Source: the human T2T-CHM13v2.0 reference genome, Homo sapiens
Length of the DNA: 64,000 bases
Strand: one strand, 5' to 3'
NCBI RefSeq assembly: GCF_009914755.1
Contig: NC_060942.1
A model generated the notes under the pieces. That model saw only the letters and a list, made by a program, of their open reading frames with translations. It was not told the origin of the DNA and searched no databases. A program made the position numbers and the translations under genes. Positions within the stretch are counted from its first letter, which is position 1. Every line of letters starts with the position of its first letter. Shown piece after piece: positions 38,809 to 51,574 of the stretch.

Positions 38809-41800
38809 GGGGGAGTGGGGCCAAGATGGCTGACTAGAAGCAGCTAGTGTGCATTGCTCTCATGGAGAGGAGAGAGCGATGAGTAAACGGTAGCTCATTA
38901 ACTGAACATCCAGGTAGACACTTTTACATTTAGCAGAGAAGCAATGCAACCAACAGACAACAAAGAAGAGAGAGATGGGACAGCCACCCATCTGACATCA
39001 GCATGGAGCCACAGTAGTCTCCCCTTCATAGGGAAATGGTGAGTGTGTGAGAGCCCCCAGAGACCCACACTTCTGCCATGAACCTTTCCAACCTTGGGCT
39101 CAAGAGATCCCCCATGACCCCTCCCCGCTGGGACCTCCAGACAGAGAGAGCTATGTGGATTCTGAGCAAAGCCTCCACTCAGGCACATGTGGAGTTCCAG
39201 GGGCCTTGGACCACTGGGCATCCTGACAACAGTGGTTGCAGCTCCAGCAACAGTAAAGGCCAGGCCCCCTCACATGTCCCCAGAATAGGGGCTGAATCCA
39301 TGAGACTAAGGAGTAGACAGACTGCAGGCCTCACCTCCACTGCACTTCACTGAACAATGCCCACTGGCCTAGGACCATGGCATGGACACCCCAGCCCAAC
39401 CTGAGCAGCCCTGCATTTCCCTGGGATGGAGCTGCAAGAGGGAGTGGGGAGACCTTTCAATTTGGCTGCCTTGCAGTCCCTGCACCTGCAGCCCTCAGGC
39501 TTGAGAGTGAGTGAAATTATTAAGGACTAGTGTGGGCCCACAGCACAGAGCAGCTGTCTTATGGAAAAATGGCCAGACTGTTTTCCACAAGGTTCCCTGC
39601 CACCACTACTCCTCACTGGGCAGGGCCTCCCAACCTGTAACCCCAGCCACCTCAGCCCCACCTGGGATCTCCAGCCAGTAGCAGCTCTGCACTTGCTGGG
39701 ATAGAGCTCCCAGTGGTAACAGACAGGCCCTCCATATTTATTGGTCCACAGCTCCAATCTTTACTACCCTCAGGCTTGGGAGGGAACACAGTGATTAAGG
39801 ACTAATGTGGGACCCCAGCACAGAACAGCTGCCTTATGGAAAAGTGGCCAAACTGTTTTCCACATGTGTCTCTGCAATTTTTACTCCTCACTGGTCAAGG
39901 CCTCTAAATCTGGACCCCCAGCATAACTACCCTGCCCCTGCCTGAACTCTTCAGTCAGTAGCAGCTTCTGTTTCTTTGGGGAGGAAATCCTAGAGACAGC
40001 TCACAGCCCCTTTCCCATTGCAGGTACAGTGGTACCTGCCTTTACTGCCCTTGGGGAGAGGAAAAAACAAAGGCCCTGGTCATGACACTGGAACCTTCAG
40101 CACACCCACAGCCACCATACACAGAGGAGCCCAGTCTATCTTTCCTGTGAGCCCCCAGCCCCTACTCCTCAACAGGCAGGGCCCTTGGGTTCACAGAGCA
40201 GATGCCCCACTCCTGACTGAGCATTCCCACTGGTAGTGGCTCTGTGTTTCCCTGGGGGTGGAGGTTTCAGACACTACTGACAGTGCCTCTATCAATGTCA
40301 CTGCAGCAGTTCTGCCCTTGCTGCTTTCAGACTGGAGAAGGAACAAAGAGCCTAAGGGCTTTACTCATGCCTCCAGCATGCCACACTCACCATAAAAGAA
40401 GAGCCTAGTCTCTCTTCCTTGTGAGCCTCCAACCCCCTGTCCTTCACTAAGTAGGGCCCCTGGCTTGGGCCCACAGCACAACCACCACATCCCCTGGCTG
40501 AACATTCCTATTGGCAGTGGCTCTGCATTGCTCTAGGGTAGAGCTCTCAGAAGCAACTGAAAGCCCTTCTGCCACTACCTTTGCAGTGGTACTGCCTTTG
40601 CTTCGTTTAGACTGAGGAAGCAACAAAAAAAACCTGAATGCTGTACTCACACCTCCAGCATGTCACAGGTACCTTAAGGAGAAGAGTCCAGTCTGTCTTC
40701 CCCATGAGCTCCTTACCCCTCAGCTCATCACCAGGGAGGGACCCTGGCTTGGGACCACAGCACAGCTGTCTCACTCCAGCTCTGTGTTTCCCTGAGGTGC
40801 AGCCCCAAGTGACAAGTGAAAGGCCTTCTGCCACTGCCATGCCAAGGTCCCTGCACATGCTGCCCTCAGGCTGGGGAGGGAAGATAAATCCTGAGTTCTT
40901 CCTGGGGCTGCAGTGTACAGCCCAGGAGTGCCAAGCCAAGATCTGCAGCCAGCACTCAAGTGGTCGAGGAGCCCACATCATCAGGGCACTGAGAAGAAGC
41001 AAGTCTGCAAATGCAAGAAAATATATAGGAGCCACATGGTTGAGCAAGAGGCTGCCAACTACCCATTACATTTAATTGTCATTGACAGAATTACAACCCA
41101 AACTTCGACATCGCAAATGCTTTGCTAATATATGCCCCTGTGTAACCAATGACAAGAATTCAGCTAAAAATAAAAATCCAGCGCGAAGCCTTGGTCCTCG
41201 GAAAGCATCCAGCAATGAAATCAACTGACTGTATTCAAAATATACCACAGTTAAAGGAACATCAGCCCACACAGATGAGAACCAGTGTAAGAACTCTGAC
41301 AATTCTCAGAGCCAGAGTGTCTTCTTGCCTCCAAATGATCACACTGGTTCCTACACCGTGGTTCTTAACCAGGTTGAGATGGCTGAAATAACAGACATAA
41401 AATTCAGAATATGGATAGGAAAAAAAAGATCATCAAGATTCAGGAGAAAGTTGAAGCCCAATTCAGTGAATCCAAGGATTACAATAAAACTACATAGGAG
41501 CTGACAGACTCGATGACCACTTTATGAAAGAACCAAACTTATCTAATAGACCTGAAAAGCACACTACAATAATTTCATAATATGATTGCAAGTATTAACA
41601 GCTGAATACACCAAGTTGAGGAAAGAATCTGAGAGCTTGAAGACTGGTTCTGCAAACTAATTCAGTAAGACAAAAATAAAGGAAAAAAGAATAAGAAATA
41701 ATGAAACAAACCACTGAGAAATATAAGATTATGTAAAATGACCAAATCTATGACTCACTGTCATCCCTGAAAGAGAGGATGAGAAAACAAGCAATGTGGT

Positions 41801-44800
41801 AAACATATTTGAGTATATTGCCCACGAAACCTTCCCCAATCTCACTAGAGTTGCCAACATTCATATTCGGAAAATGCAGAGAACCCCTGCAAGATACTAC
41901 ATAAGAATCATCGCCAAGACAGATAATCATCAGATTCTCCAAGGTTGACATGAAGGCAAAGGTATTAAAGGCAGTTAGAGAGAAGGGGCAGGATACCTAC
42001 AAAACAAACCCCATCAAGCTAACAGTGGATATTTCATCAAAAACGCTACAAACCAGAAGATAGGGGGCCCATATTGAGCATTATGGAAGAAAAGAAACTC
42101 CAACCAATAATTTTATATGCAGCCAAACAGCTTCATTAGTGAAGGAGAAATCAGATCCTTTTCAGCAAGCAAATGGAAGGAAATTTGTTACCAGCTGATA
42201 TGGTTTGGGTGTGTCCCCACCCAAATCTCACCTTGAATTGTAACTCCCACAATTCCCATGTGTCCTGGGAGGAACCCAGTGGGAGGTAATTGAATCATGG
42301 GGGTGGGTCTTTCCCATGCTGTTCTCATGATAGCAAATAAGTCTCACGAGCTCTGACGGTATTATAAGGGGGAGTTTCCCTGCCCAATCTCATTTTCTTT
42401 TTGCCTGCTGCCATCTGTGTAAGATGTGATTTGCTCCTCCTTGCCTTCTGCCATGATCATGAGGCTTTCCCAGCTACGTGGAACTGTAAGTCCAATTAAA
42501 TCTCTTTTGTAAATTGCCCAGTTTCAGGTATGTGTTTATCAGCAGCATGAAAATGGACTAATACACCACCAGACCTGCCTTAAAAGAGGTATTTAAGAGA
42601 GTGCTAAATACAGAAAGGAAAGACTAGTACTGGACACTACAAAAACAGACCTACATACATAGACCATTGATGCTATAAAGCTGTTACCTAGTGAAGTCTG
42701 CATAATAACCAGTGAACAACAAAATGACATGATCAAATTTGTACATATCAATATTAACCTTTAATGTAAATGCTCTAAATGCCCCAATTAAAAGGCACAG
42801 CGTGGCATGTTGGATAAAGAAGGAAGATCTAACAGTGTACTGTCTTCAAAACATCCATCTTACATGCAATGATACCCATAGGCACAAAGTAAAAGGACAG
42901 AAAAAGATCTACCAAGCAAATGGAAAACAAACAAACAAAAAAACAGACATGACTATTTTAATTTCAGACAAAACAGACCTTAAACAAACAACAATCAAAA
43001 ACAAAGAAAGGCATTACATAATGGCAAAGATTTCAATTCAACAAGAATACTTAACTGTCCTAAATATATATACTACTAATGTTGGAGCTCCCAGGTTCAT
43101 AAAACAAGTTCTTAGGTACCTACAAAGTGACTTAGTAACCATACAATGATAGCAAGAGACTTCAACACCACAAGGACAGTATTAAACAGATCTTTTAGTC
43201 AGAAGACTAACAAAGATATTCAGGACTTGAACTCTAAGCTTGACCAAATAGACCTAACAGACATTTAAAGAAGTCTACACCCAAAAACAACAGAATATAC
43301 ATTCTTCTCATGTACATATGACACATACTCTAAAATCAACCACAATTTGGCCATAAAACAATTATTAGCACATTTAAATAACGCCAGATCATACAAACCA
43401 CACTCTCAGAACACAGAGCAATAAAAATAAAAATTAATACTATGAAGATTGCTGAAAACCATACAATTACATAGAAATTAAACAACCTGCTCCTGAATAA
43501 CTTCTGTAAACAATGAAATTAAGGCAGAAACTAAGAAGTTCTTTGATATTAAGGAGAAAAAAGATATAACATACCAGAATCTCTGGGATACAGCTAAAGC
43601 AGTGTAAGGAGAAAGTTTGTAGCACAAAACATCAACAAGTTACAAAGATCTCAAATTAACAATGTAACATAGCACCTGGAGAAAATTTTAAAAAGAGCAA
43701 AGTAACCCCAAAGCTGACAGAAACAAAGAAATAACCAAAATCAGAGCTAAATTAAATGAAATTCAGGTGTGAAAAAAACACACAAAAGATCAATAAATCC
43801 AGAAGTTGTTTTTTTGAAAAAAAATCAATAAAGTAGATAGACTGTTGGCTAGACTAATAAAGAAAAAAAAGAGACAAAATCCAAAAATAAAAAAAATCAG
43901 AAAAGACAAAAGGGACAATACCACTGACTTCACAGAAACACTAAAATTCAACAGAGACTTTCATGAAAAACTCTATGAATACAAACTGGAAAACCTCAAA
44001 GAAGTGGATAAATTCTTGGAAACATACAACCTCTCAAGACTGAACCAGGAAGAAATTCCAACCCTGAACAGACGAATGATGAGTTCCAATATTAAATCAG
44101 TAATAAAAAGCCTACCAACCAGAGAAGGCCCAGGGCCAGATGGATTCACAGCCTGATTCTATCAGGTATATAAGGAAGGGCTGTTACCATTCCTTTTGAA
44201 ACTATTGCAAAAAGTTGAAGGGGAGGGACTCTGCCCTAATTCATGCTATGAGGTCAGTATCATTGAACATGACAAAGACGCAACAAAAAAGAAAACTTCA
44301 GGCCAATATCCTTGATGAACATAGATGCAAAAGTATTCAACAAAGTACTAGCAAACTGAATCCAGCAGCAAATCAAAAAGTTAATCCATCACTATCAAGT
44401 AGGCTTTATTGATGGGATGCAAGATTGGTTCAACATATGCAAATCAATAAATGTGATTCATCTCTTAAACAGAACTAAAAAACAGAACCTAAAAACCCTA
44501 TAGTTTCTGCCCAAAACCTCTTGGATCTGATAAGCAATTTCAGAAGTTTCTGGATGCAAATCAACCTACAAAAATCTGTAGCATTACTACACACCAATAA
44601 CATCCAACCCGAGTGTTAAATCAGGAAAGTAATCCCATTCACAATAGCCACAAAAAATAAAATACCTGGGTAGACAGTTAATCAGGGAGGTGAAAGAACT
44701 CTGCAATGAGAATTGCAAAAACACTGCTGAAAGAAATCAAAGATGATAGAAACAAATGGAAAAACATTCCATGTTCATGAATAGGAAAAATCAGTATTGT

Positions 44801-46003
44801 CAAAATGGCCATAGCGCTCAAAACAATTCATAAATTCAATGCTATTTCTAATGAACTACCAATGACATTCTTCAAAAACTAGAAAAATATATTTTAAATT
44901 CAAATGTAACAATAAAAGATCCTGAATAGCCAAGGTAGGCCTAAGCAAAATGAACAAAGCTGGAGATATCACATTACTCTGACATCTAACTATGCTGTAA
45001 GGCTACAGTAAGCAAAACAGTATGGTACTGGGCAAAAAATAGACGCAGAGACCAAAGAAACAGAACAGAGCCCAGAAATAAATTTATGCACCTACAACCA
45101 TCTGACCTTCAACAAATTTGACAAAAACAATCAATGGGAAAAGGCTCCCTGATCAATAAATGGTGCTGGGATATCATATCTGGCTAGCCATATGCAAATT
45201 ATTTTAACTGGACCCTTTCCTTATACCATATACAAAAATCAACTTGAGATGGATCAAAGACTTAAATTTAAAACATAAAACTACAAAAACCCTTGAAGAA
45301 AACCCAGGAAATACCATTCGAGACAGGCCTTGGCAAAGATTTTATGAAAAAGATGCCAAAAGCAATTGTAACTGAAATAAAAATTGACAAATAGGACCTA
45401 ATTACACTAAAGAGCTTCTGTTCAGCAAAAGAAACAGTCATCAACATAAACAGACAACCACAGAGTGGAAGAAAATGTTTGTAAATTATGCATCTGATAA
45501 AGGTCTAATATCCAGAGTGTGTAAGGAACTTAAATGAACCAATAAAAATCAAACACCCCATCAAAAAATGGGGAAAGGGTATAAAAAGACACTTTTCAAA
45601 AAGAAGACAATATAGGTGGTCAACAAGCATATGAAAAAACTCTCAGGATCTCCAATTATTAGATAAATGCAAATCAAAACCATGAAAGATACCATCTCAC
45701 ACAAGTCAGAATGACTATTATTAAAAATTCAAAAAATAAAAAATGTTGGCAAAGCTGTGGAGAAGGGAGAATGCTTGTACACTGCCAGCAGTGATGTAAT
45801 TTTCCTAGTTCAGCCACTATGGAAAGCAGTTTGGTGATTTCTCAGGGAACTTAAAACAGAACCACAATTCATTCCAGAAATCCCATTATCGGGTATAGAC
45901 TTAAAGGAATATAAATCATTCTACCATCATATGTTCATTGTAGTACTATTCACAATAGCGAAGACATGGACTCAATCTAAATGCCCCTCAATGATAGACT
46001 GGT
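38809..46003 (+). mobile_element. Inactive L1PA15/16 (L1P4)-like LINE with long repeated 5'UTR, ORF1 and ORF2; 3' end lost
   Basis: Starts GGCCAAGATGGCTGACTAGAAGCAGC. ORF 42739 is the EN N-terminus (ISILTFNVNALNAPIKRH) and ORF 43845 is the Z region (GPDGFTA). Confidence 0.92.
42196..42565 (+). mobile_element. THE1B-like solo LTR in L1 ORF1
   Basis: TGATATGGTTTGG...GGACTAATACA. TSD CCAGC / CCACC. Confidence 0.92.
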
Positions 46004-46120
46004 TGATGTGGTTTGGCTGTGCCCCCACTCAAATTTCAACTTGAATTGTATCGCCCAGAATTCCCGCGTGTTGTGGGAGGGACCCAGCGGGAGGTCATTG
46101 AATCATGGGGGTCTGTTTGC
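46004..46120 (+). mobile_element. THE1A-like LTR, 5' third only
   Basis: TGATGTGGTTTGGCTGTG...TTCAACTTGAATTGTATCGCCCAGAATTCCCGCGTG, ending abruptly. Confidence 0.85.
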
Positions 46121-46249
46121 CACTTTACATAGAACATGGGCAATTTTAAAATTTTTTAACACTTATTAACTCTCTAAATTTGTTACAATGAACAAAGTTT
46201 ATAATCGGAAAAAAAGAAAAGAAAAAATTAAAAACAGTAGCAACAACCA

Positions 46250-46720
46250 AAGCCCCTACACCATTCTTGCTCACATCAAATTATAGAGCCTAAGGTCCAA
46301 AACCAAGGATGATTCTTGATTCTTCTCTGTTCTTGAAACCCCACACCTAACCAAATATTAAATTATGTAGTCTTTATCTTAAGATAAAACTTCATCTCTA
46401 ACAAAACAACTCTTTTCTTCTCCACCTTCATTGTAGTCCAACCTGCCTTTCTTTGAAGGCTACATCCTCCTTGGTTTTGACTTTATTCAAATTCTAATCT
46501 TTTTCCTACAGAGCAGCAAGAACTATCTCAAAAAATAGATGGAATAATGACACTCTTTTGCTTAAAATTCTTCAATTGCTTCTTTAAAAATCAAAGCTTT
46601 TTGTAATAATGTAGAAGGTCCTTGTGATCTGATGTTAGTCTACCTTTCCAACCGTATCACACTTTATTACAATCCTCCCCTCCTTACTGCTAATTGGTCC
46701 TGCAAGCCTCCTTCTTTTTC
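46250..46720 (+). mobile_element. L2 relic (continues in pieces to ~49990)
   Basis: CACTCTTTTGCTTAAAATTCTTCAATTGCTT; 3' end AAGCTCCATGAGATCAGG...CACTCAATAAATATT at 49890-49980. Confidence 0.65.
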
Positions 46721-46724
46721 TTCT

Positions 46725-48018
46725 TTTTAAAAAGACTTTACTATTTTTTTAAGAGCAGTTTTAGTTTCACAGCAAAATTGATAGGAAAGTACAGTGATTT
46801 CACATATGCCCCCTGCCCCTGACTTATACATAGATATCCTTATTATCAACAACACCCACCAGAGTGGTACGTTTCGTAAAATTGATGAACCTACATTGAT
46901 ATATTATTACCACCTCAACTCTCTAGTTTACATTAGGCTTCAGTCCTAGTGCTGTACATTCTATAGGTTTAAACAAATACATAATGAAGTGTATCCATCA
47001 TTATGGTATCACACAGAGTAGTTTCACTGCCCTAAAGATAACTGTTCTTCCCACCTTCCCCTCTAAACCCTGACAACCACTCATCATTTTACTGTCTTCA
47101 TAATTTTCACTTTCAAGAATATCATGTAACTGGAATAATGCAGCATTTAGCCCTTTCGCAATGGCTCCTTTCACATAGTAACATGCATTTAAGTTTCTCT
47201 AATGTCTTCTCATGGTGTAATGGCTCATTTGTGAAGAATATTTATGTTTCTGAATAATATTTCACTATCTGGATTAATCCCAATTAAACTATTCACCTAC
47301 TGAAGAACATATTGGTTGCTTCCAAGATGTTTCCAAATTATGAATAAAGTTGCTATAAAGATCCATGTGCAAGTTTTGTGTGGACATTAAGTTTCAAGTT
47401 CCTTTGGATAAATACCGAAGAGCATGATTGGTGGTTTGTATGGTAGGAATATGTTTACTCTCAAAAGAAATGAACAAATTGTCTTCCAAGGTGGATGTAT
47501 CATTTCACATTCCCATCAGCAAGGTATAAAAACTTCTATTGCTCCAAATCCTCATCAGCATTTGGTTTTGTCAGTGTTCTGGATTTTAGTTATTCTATGA
47601 GATATATAGTACTATCTCATTGTTGTTTTAATTTGCATTTCCCTAATGAAATATGATGTGTAGCATCTTCTCATATATTTATCTACTATCTGTATGTCTC
47701 CCTTGGTGAGGTATCTGTTAAGGTCTTTGGCTCAGTTTTAAATCAGCTTGTTTGCTTTCTCCTCGTTGAGTTTTAAGAGTTCTACATATATTTTGGATAA
47801 CGGTCCTGTATCAGATATATTTTTGCAAATACATTCTTCCAATTTGTGGCTTGTCTTTTTATTCTCTTGATTGTTTCTTTTACGGAACAGAAAATTTTGA
47901 TTTTAATAAAGCTCAGCTTATAAATTATTTCTTTCATGGATCATGTCTTTGGTGTTGCATCTAAAGAGTCACTACCAACCCCAAAGTGATTTAAATGTTT
48001 TTCAATGTTATCTTGTAG
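46725..48018 (-). mobile_element. L1MC/L1MD-like 3' portion
   Basis: AGAGCAGTTTTAGTTTCACAGCAAAATTG...CCACCAGAGTGGTAC 3'UTR followed by antisense ORF2 C-terminus. Confidence 0.85.
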
Positions 48019-48094
48019 CCTGAAAGCCTTCTTTATGTTCTTAATATGTCATCTTCTTTCCCATTTCAATGCTGTCTTATTCAGCATCGCCTGC

Positions 48095-48464
48095 TGATAT
48101 GGTTTGGCTCTGTGTCCCCACCAAAATCTCACCTTGAATTATGCTATCCCCATAGTCCGCACATGTCAAGGGCTGGACCAGATGTAGGCAATTGCCTCAT
48201 GGGGGAGGTTCCCCCAATGTTGTTCTCATGATAGTGAGTGAGTTCTCACAAGACCTGATGGTTTTATAAGCATCTGGCATTTTCTCTGTTTGTACTCACT
48301 CCATCCTGCCATCCTTTGAAGAAGGTGCCTGCTTCTCCTTTGCCTTCTGCCATGATTGTAAGTTTACTGAGGCTTCCCCAGCAATGCAGAATTGTGAGTC
48401 AATTAAACCTCTTTCCTTTATAAATTACCCAGTCTTCACAGCAGTGGGAGAATGGACTAATATA
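48095..48464 (+). mobile_element. THE1D-like solo LTR
   Basis: TGATATGGTTTGGCTCTGTGTCCCCACC...GGACTAATATA. Confidence 0.9.
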
Positions 48465-48708
48465 GCTACTATAACAACATGCCATGAATTGGGGAGCCAA
48501 AACAATAACAATTTATTTCTTGCAGTTTTGGAGGCTGGGAAGTGCAAGATAAGGGTGCCAGCAGATTTGACATCAGGTGAGGGCCCACTCTTTGCTTCAC
48601 AGATGGCAACTTCTCTCTGGGTCCTCACATGGTAGAAGGGCAAGGAGCTCCCTCAGGCCTCTTCCATAGGGCAGTAATCACATTCATGTGCGTTCTGTCT
48701 TTATGATG

Positions 48709-49103
48709 TGTTATGATTTGGATATTTGTGCCATCAAAACCTCAGGTTGAAATGTGATTCCCAGTGTTGGAGGTGAGACCTAGTGGGAGGTGTTTGGGTC
48801 ATGGAAGCATATCCCTCATGAATGGTTTGGTGCTCTCCCTGCAGTAATGAGTTCATATGACAACTGGTTGTTTAAAAGAGCCTGATATCTGTCTCTTGCC
48901 TCCTCTCACACCATGTGACATGCCTGCTCCCCCTTCACCTTCAACTATGACTGTAAGCTTCCCGAGGCCCTCACCAGAAGCAGATGCCAACACTATGCTT
49001 CTTGTTTAGCCTGCAGAACCACGAGCCAAAATAAACTTCTTCCTTATAAATTACCAATTTTCCTGTATTCCTTTACAAAAGCAATGGAAAACAGGCTAAC
49101 AAG
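48709..49103 (+). mobile_element. MSTB-like solo LTR
   Basis: TGTTATGATTTGGATATTTG...GCCCTCACCAGAAGCAGATGCC...GCAATGGAAAACAGGCTAAC. Confidence 0.88.
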
Positions 49104-49254
49104 TGACATAATTACCTCCCAAAGCCTCCACTTCTTAATACCATCACTTTGGTGATTAGGATTTCCAAATATGAATTTGGAAAGGATGAAACATTGAGAC
49201 CATAGCAAATGCCATGTATCCTCTCTGCTGAGAACATTCCATCTCATAACTGGC

Positions 49255-49703
49255 TTATTGGGGAAGTCATGAGAATTCATCTCTCAGTTTTCCAACCACA
49301 GGGAATATAATTGACATAGGCCTCAGCTGCTGTTCTCCGATATTGATCTCTGGGTTTGCACTGAAGCCCGCACTTCACATAGGCTGCTCCTAGGCAACAG
49401 ATTGACATGTCAAGGATGCTGAAATGTTCCCCTGCAGGCACAGTGATCCTCTGTGCCGACTTTGGTTCCAGGACTCTCCATGGTCCTGCCCAACTTTTCA
49501 GAGGCTGCAGGAGATCACGTTTTCACTTCAATCTTCCTTTCTTTTCTCTTTGAGTTGGGGTTATACTTTCAACACATTTTGACTGCTCTTCCAGCCTTAT
49601 CTAGATTTGTCTTATTTTCCTTCACAGGCATTTCCCCCAATAAAGTCCTTGAAGATTTAATGCCCTCTGGGTATCTGCTTCTTGGGGAATCTAGTACTAA
49701 TCC
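49255..49703 (+). mobile_element. LTR16C-like ERVL LTR
   Basis: TTCACAGGCATTTCCCCCAATAAA...GTATCTGCTTCTTGGGGAATCT. Confidence 0.65.
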
Positions 49704-50298
49704 TCTCATACATGCCTCAACTTCTCTTCAGACAAAACCTACCTAACATATAACTTTACTAGTTACTCTGTGTCCCATTACCTTTTTGTTTGTTTTACTA
49801 ATTTTTAAAAATAGCACTTTTAAATTTTCAATTTTAATGCATGCTCTTTATATAATTATTCTTGTGTTGATTTTCTACTAGTAAAATTTAAGCTCCATGA
49901 GATCAGGAATCTTTTTGTGTCATTCACCAATATACCCTTTTTATATCTATGATATAGTAAACACTCAATAAATATTAGTTAAATTAATTTATACCTAGCC
50001 TGTAACTAATATGTGACTAACTCTACACAAGTACACTAATAGTTAAAGATTATATAGCAATTGACTAAGTCATCAAAGTGTTCCTATCAATTTTGGTGTG
50101 GTACTCTGGACTTTTTTTATGTCTACATAGAACTGATCTCAAGGAATTAATCCATAGGGGTTTAGTGAATACTTTGACAATTTGTAAGTCATCTCTATTA
50201 GATGGAGCTATAACTTTGAAACTAAAGGGAAAAATAAAAAGGAGGAATCTGTCAGCCTTCAAATTTCCAACCTACCTGGAGCATTCAATATTCATTAC

Positions 50299-50922
50299 TG
50301 AAGTGGTGTCGTTGTCTTGAGTATATATCCGAGGTTCGTCGTCTTATACCAAAGGAATCAAGGATGCAGAAACACAAGATCAGAGGTTTAATAGGCAAAA
50401 GAAAGTGAATAGTTCTTTCTCCTGCAGAGAGAGAGGGGTGCCCGAGTGGGTCTTCTGGTCTGCAGCAGAGTGCACGGGGGTTTTATAGACTGGCTTGAGG
50501 AGGCAGTATCTGATTTACATAGGGCCCAAAGATTGGTTGGACCAAGTGTGCTCTTTACATAGCACACAAAGAAGCTGGCCACCCGACCCTAATCTTCTGT
50601 TATGTAGATGGGTTCTCTACCTGGCCAGCACCATGTTGCCTATTCCTTTATTGTACACATGGTTGACAGAGAAAAAGGAAGCTGGAGCTGCTATGGTGAA
50701 CATGCCAGCCCCCAGGTAGCCTTTTCCTGTTGGCACAGCTGATGACATTCACCCATGCAATCTTCCAGTTTGCTTATGTATGTCTGTAGCTCGATTTTAC
50801 AGGCTGCTTTTTGTTAGAAAATAAATGATTTGGGGGCTGCTTTTTATTACAAGGAAAACCTTATCAAGGACTTTCTTACCCTCTTTATCTGCCTAAATAA
50901 TTTATTTTTAACTCCTATATCA
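50299..50922 (-). mobile_element. ERV1 solo LTR (LTR9-like)
   Basis: Reverse complement begins TGATATAGGAGTTAAAAATAAATTATTTAGGCAGATA, contains CCAAT and CTATAAAA promoter boxes, and ends ...CACTTCA. Confidence 0.8.
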
Positions 50923-50960
50923 TCAATACCACCACTTTTTTTCTCTAGAAAAATTCCCCT

Positions 50961-51269
<309 letters not shown>

Positions 51270-51574
51270 TCATTCACTTCATACTTTCATGTATTCATTT
51301 CTATAAACCTACTCTAATGCTGGCTCCATTTCTCCTTCCTCAATGGTGCATATAGTATACTCAAACTTGGGTTTAGGTATTATTTCTTACTCAGTGAATC
51401 CATGCATTCTTACGGCTTCAACTATAGCCTACACAGATGACCCCTATTTCTAAATTTTACTTCCTAATAGTTCTTTCCATATTATGAAATTATGTATATA
51501 TTTATACATACATATAACTTATATGGAATAATAATAAATAACAATAAACATAATAAATGTACTTATACTACAGG

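Larger units (their letters stand above)
48073..49207 (-). mobile_element. MLT1A-like LTR split by THE1D and MSTB LTRs
   Basis: TSD AATGC at 48068-48072 and 49208-49212. The pieces are colinear. Confidence 0.82.

Noticed and set aside
38898-41391. Cluster of longer ORFs (up to 146 aa) on both strands
   Set aside because: They lie in the GC-rich L1 5'UTR modules, where stops are rare; no recognisable protein.
42739-44156. ORFs with endonuclease and Z-domain similarity
   Set aside because: Fragments of a dead L1 ORF2 with stops, frameshifts and an RT-core deletion; not a gene.
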